From: Podarcis erhardii
Lineage: Eukaryota
Assembly (NCBI GenBank): GCA_964252035.1
Contig: OZ176200.1
DNA: 64,000 bases
Direction: 5' to 3' (one strand)
Shown: piece by piece, positions 62,750 through 64,000 of the stretch
Layout: every line of letters begins with the position of its first letter
How positions within the stretch are numbered: position 1 is the stretch's first letter
Position numbers and translations under genes: made by a program
Notes under the pieces: model-generated
What the model saw: the letters and a program-made list of their open reading frames with translations, nothing else
The model's database searches: none
What the model was told of the DNA's origin: nothing

Positions 62750-63700
62750 CGTAAGAGCTCTGCTAGATCATACCCAGAGTCCATCTGGTCCATTATTTTG
62801 TTTCCAGTGGTGACCAGGCAAATTCATTCCCTGGAAGGAAGCCCTTCACGCCCGCTCCTTTCTCTCCCCCCCCCTGCCTTTTATGTTGCAAACTTGAGGG
62901 CAGGAGTTATCTTGCATGTTATTTATCTCTTTTGGCCAAAGAGTCGAGTGAAAGTGCTTTAAATCAATAACTGATCAGCCAGTGGCTCATCACCACATCT
63001 TGGGAAAGTAAATTTCATTAGTTAATTGTGTATCGTTGGAAAAACTACTCTCCTTTGCCCTGAATTTACTACCAATCAGTTTCACTGCCTGACCTTTACC
63101 TCCTTGCATTATGAGATGGGGTGAGGAAGTATCTACTCTCTGTGTACTATTTATCATTTGATAAGCTTTAGTTGCCTTTTTTCTAGACTAAAAACTTCAA
63201 ATACTTTGACTTATCCTTGAAGGGAAGGTATTCCAACACTTTAATATTTTTGGTTGCCCCTCTGCCATGCCCTTCTTAAGTCTGGATACAAAGAACAGTG
63301 TTCCTGAATTGAAAGCACTATTTGTTTGTATAAAGTCGTTATAATACCTTAACATTTTCTGTTAAACCTATTAATCCCAAACCAAAAAAATAATCTTAAT
63401 TTTTCACTTATGTTGACATAGTAGCAAAATCCCAAGGTACCTTTGTTAGGTAGACATAGGCAGACCAGATCCCATATTGCCTCAATGTCTATCACTTTAT
63501 AACTATTTGCGCTGCATTTCCTTTGCCATTTTGTTTTCTGTTGTGGACAAATCATTTTGGAGTTTTTCATGGTCTGTTTGACTTTTCACCACACTTGAAT
63601 AATTTGCTATCATCTTGGCTGCCTCGTTAGATAATATATAAATAAGTTAAAGTTCCCAATACTTATCCCAGTTCAGATGCTTGGAGAGCCTCTCTCTTGT
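62750..63700 (-). mobile_element. Degenerate CR1 LINE fragment in PEX16 intron 1
   Basis: 3' end motif aagagctctgctagatcat...ccatctggtcc at ~62752; RT-end remnant (reverse complement gatgatagcaaatt, DDxK) at ~63600. Confidence 0.6.
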
Positions 63701-64000
63701 GACAACTGTTGTTCCTACCATCTGCTTCCTATTCTTGCACCATTTCCCATTCCACAAGTGGACCAGTCCTCTGGTTCCATACTTCCATATTTTATCAGTT
63801 AGGGTGGTGATGGAACCAAATGATAACCATCACCTGACTATAAGTTGCAGTATACCTGGTCAAGAGAACATCTGAAACAAAAATAAAATAATTTGCTCAT
63901 TGTTCATCAGAAAAAACAATATTTTAAACCTAATTATGACTATATTGTTTAAACCATAATTTACAGTGGCCCCAGTGTCTGTCAAATATAAAGGAAAATC

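Noticed and set aside
62158-64000. PEX16 exon 2 (GRFADSHELSELV-like)
   Set aside because: No matching sequence; the region is intron 1, largely a decayed CR1.

Overview
Vertebrate genomic DNA, most likely a squamate and probably a lacertid lizard (inferred from Sauria-SINE, BovB and MITE content). The ORF track is mostly uninformative here, so genes were rebuilt exon by exon from splice sites and protein similarity recalled from memory. The window holds the conserved PHF21A-LARGE2-PEX16 block. (1) PHF21A (+): last four coding exons (3051-6092; PHD finger and C-terminal coiled coil) and a ~6 kb 3'UTR with two assembly gaps. (2) LARGE2/GYLTL1B (-): a complete, frame-consistent 14-exon CDS (27189 to 15723; 2223 nt, 740 aa), two GC-AG introns, a uORF overlapping an in-frame upstream ATG, and candidate non-coding 5' exons in a CpG island at ~36-37 kb. 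(3) PEX16 (+): first coding exon (62022-62157) in a CpG island with bidirectional-promoter motifs. The rest is intron and intergenic DNA with many Tc1/mariner-type MITEs, SINEs and CR1/L2 fragments, plus a 2.1 kb non-autonomous L1-like insertion with an exact 18-bp target-site duplication. I found no convincing wholly new biological system. The best leads are that L1-like element, a 5S-rRNA-headed SINE with an L2-like tail, a young MITE family with internal TTAGCGG repeats, and the splicing, translation and enhancer architecture of LARGE2.
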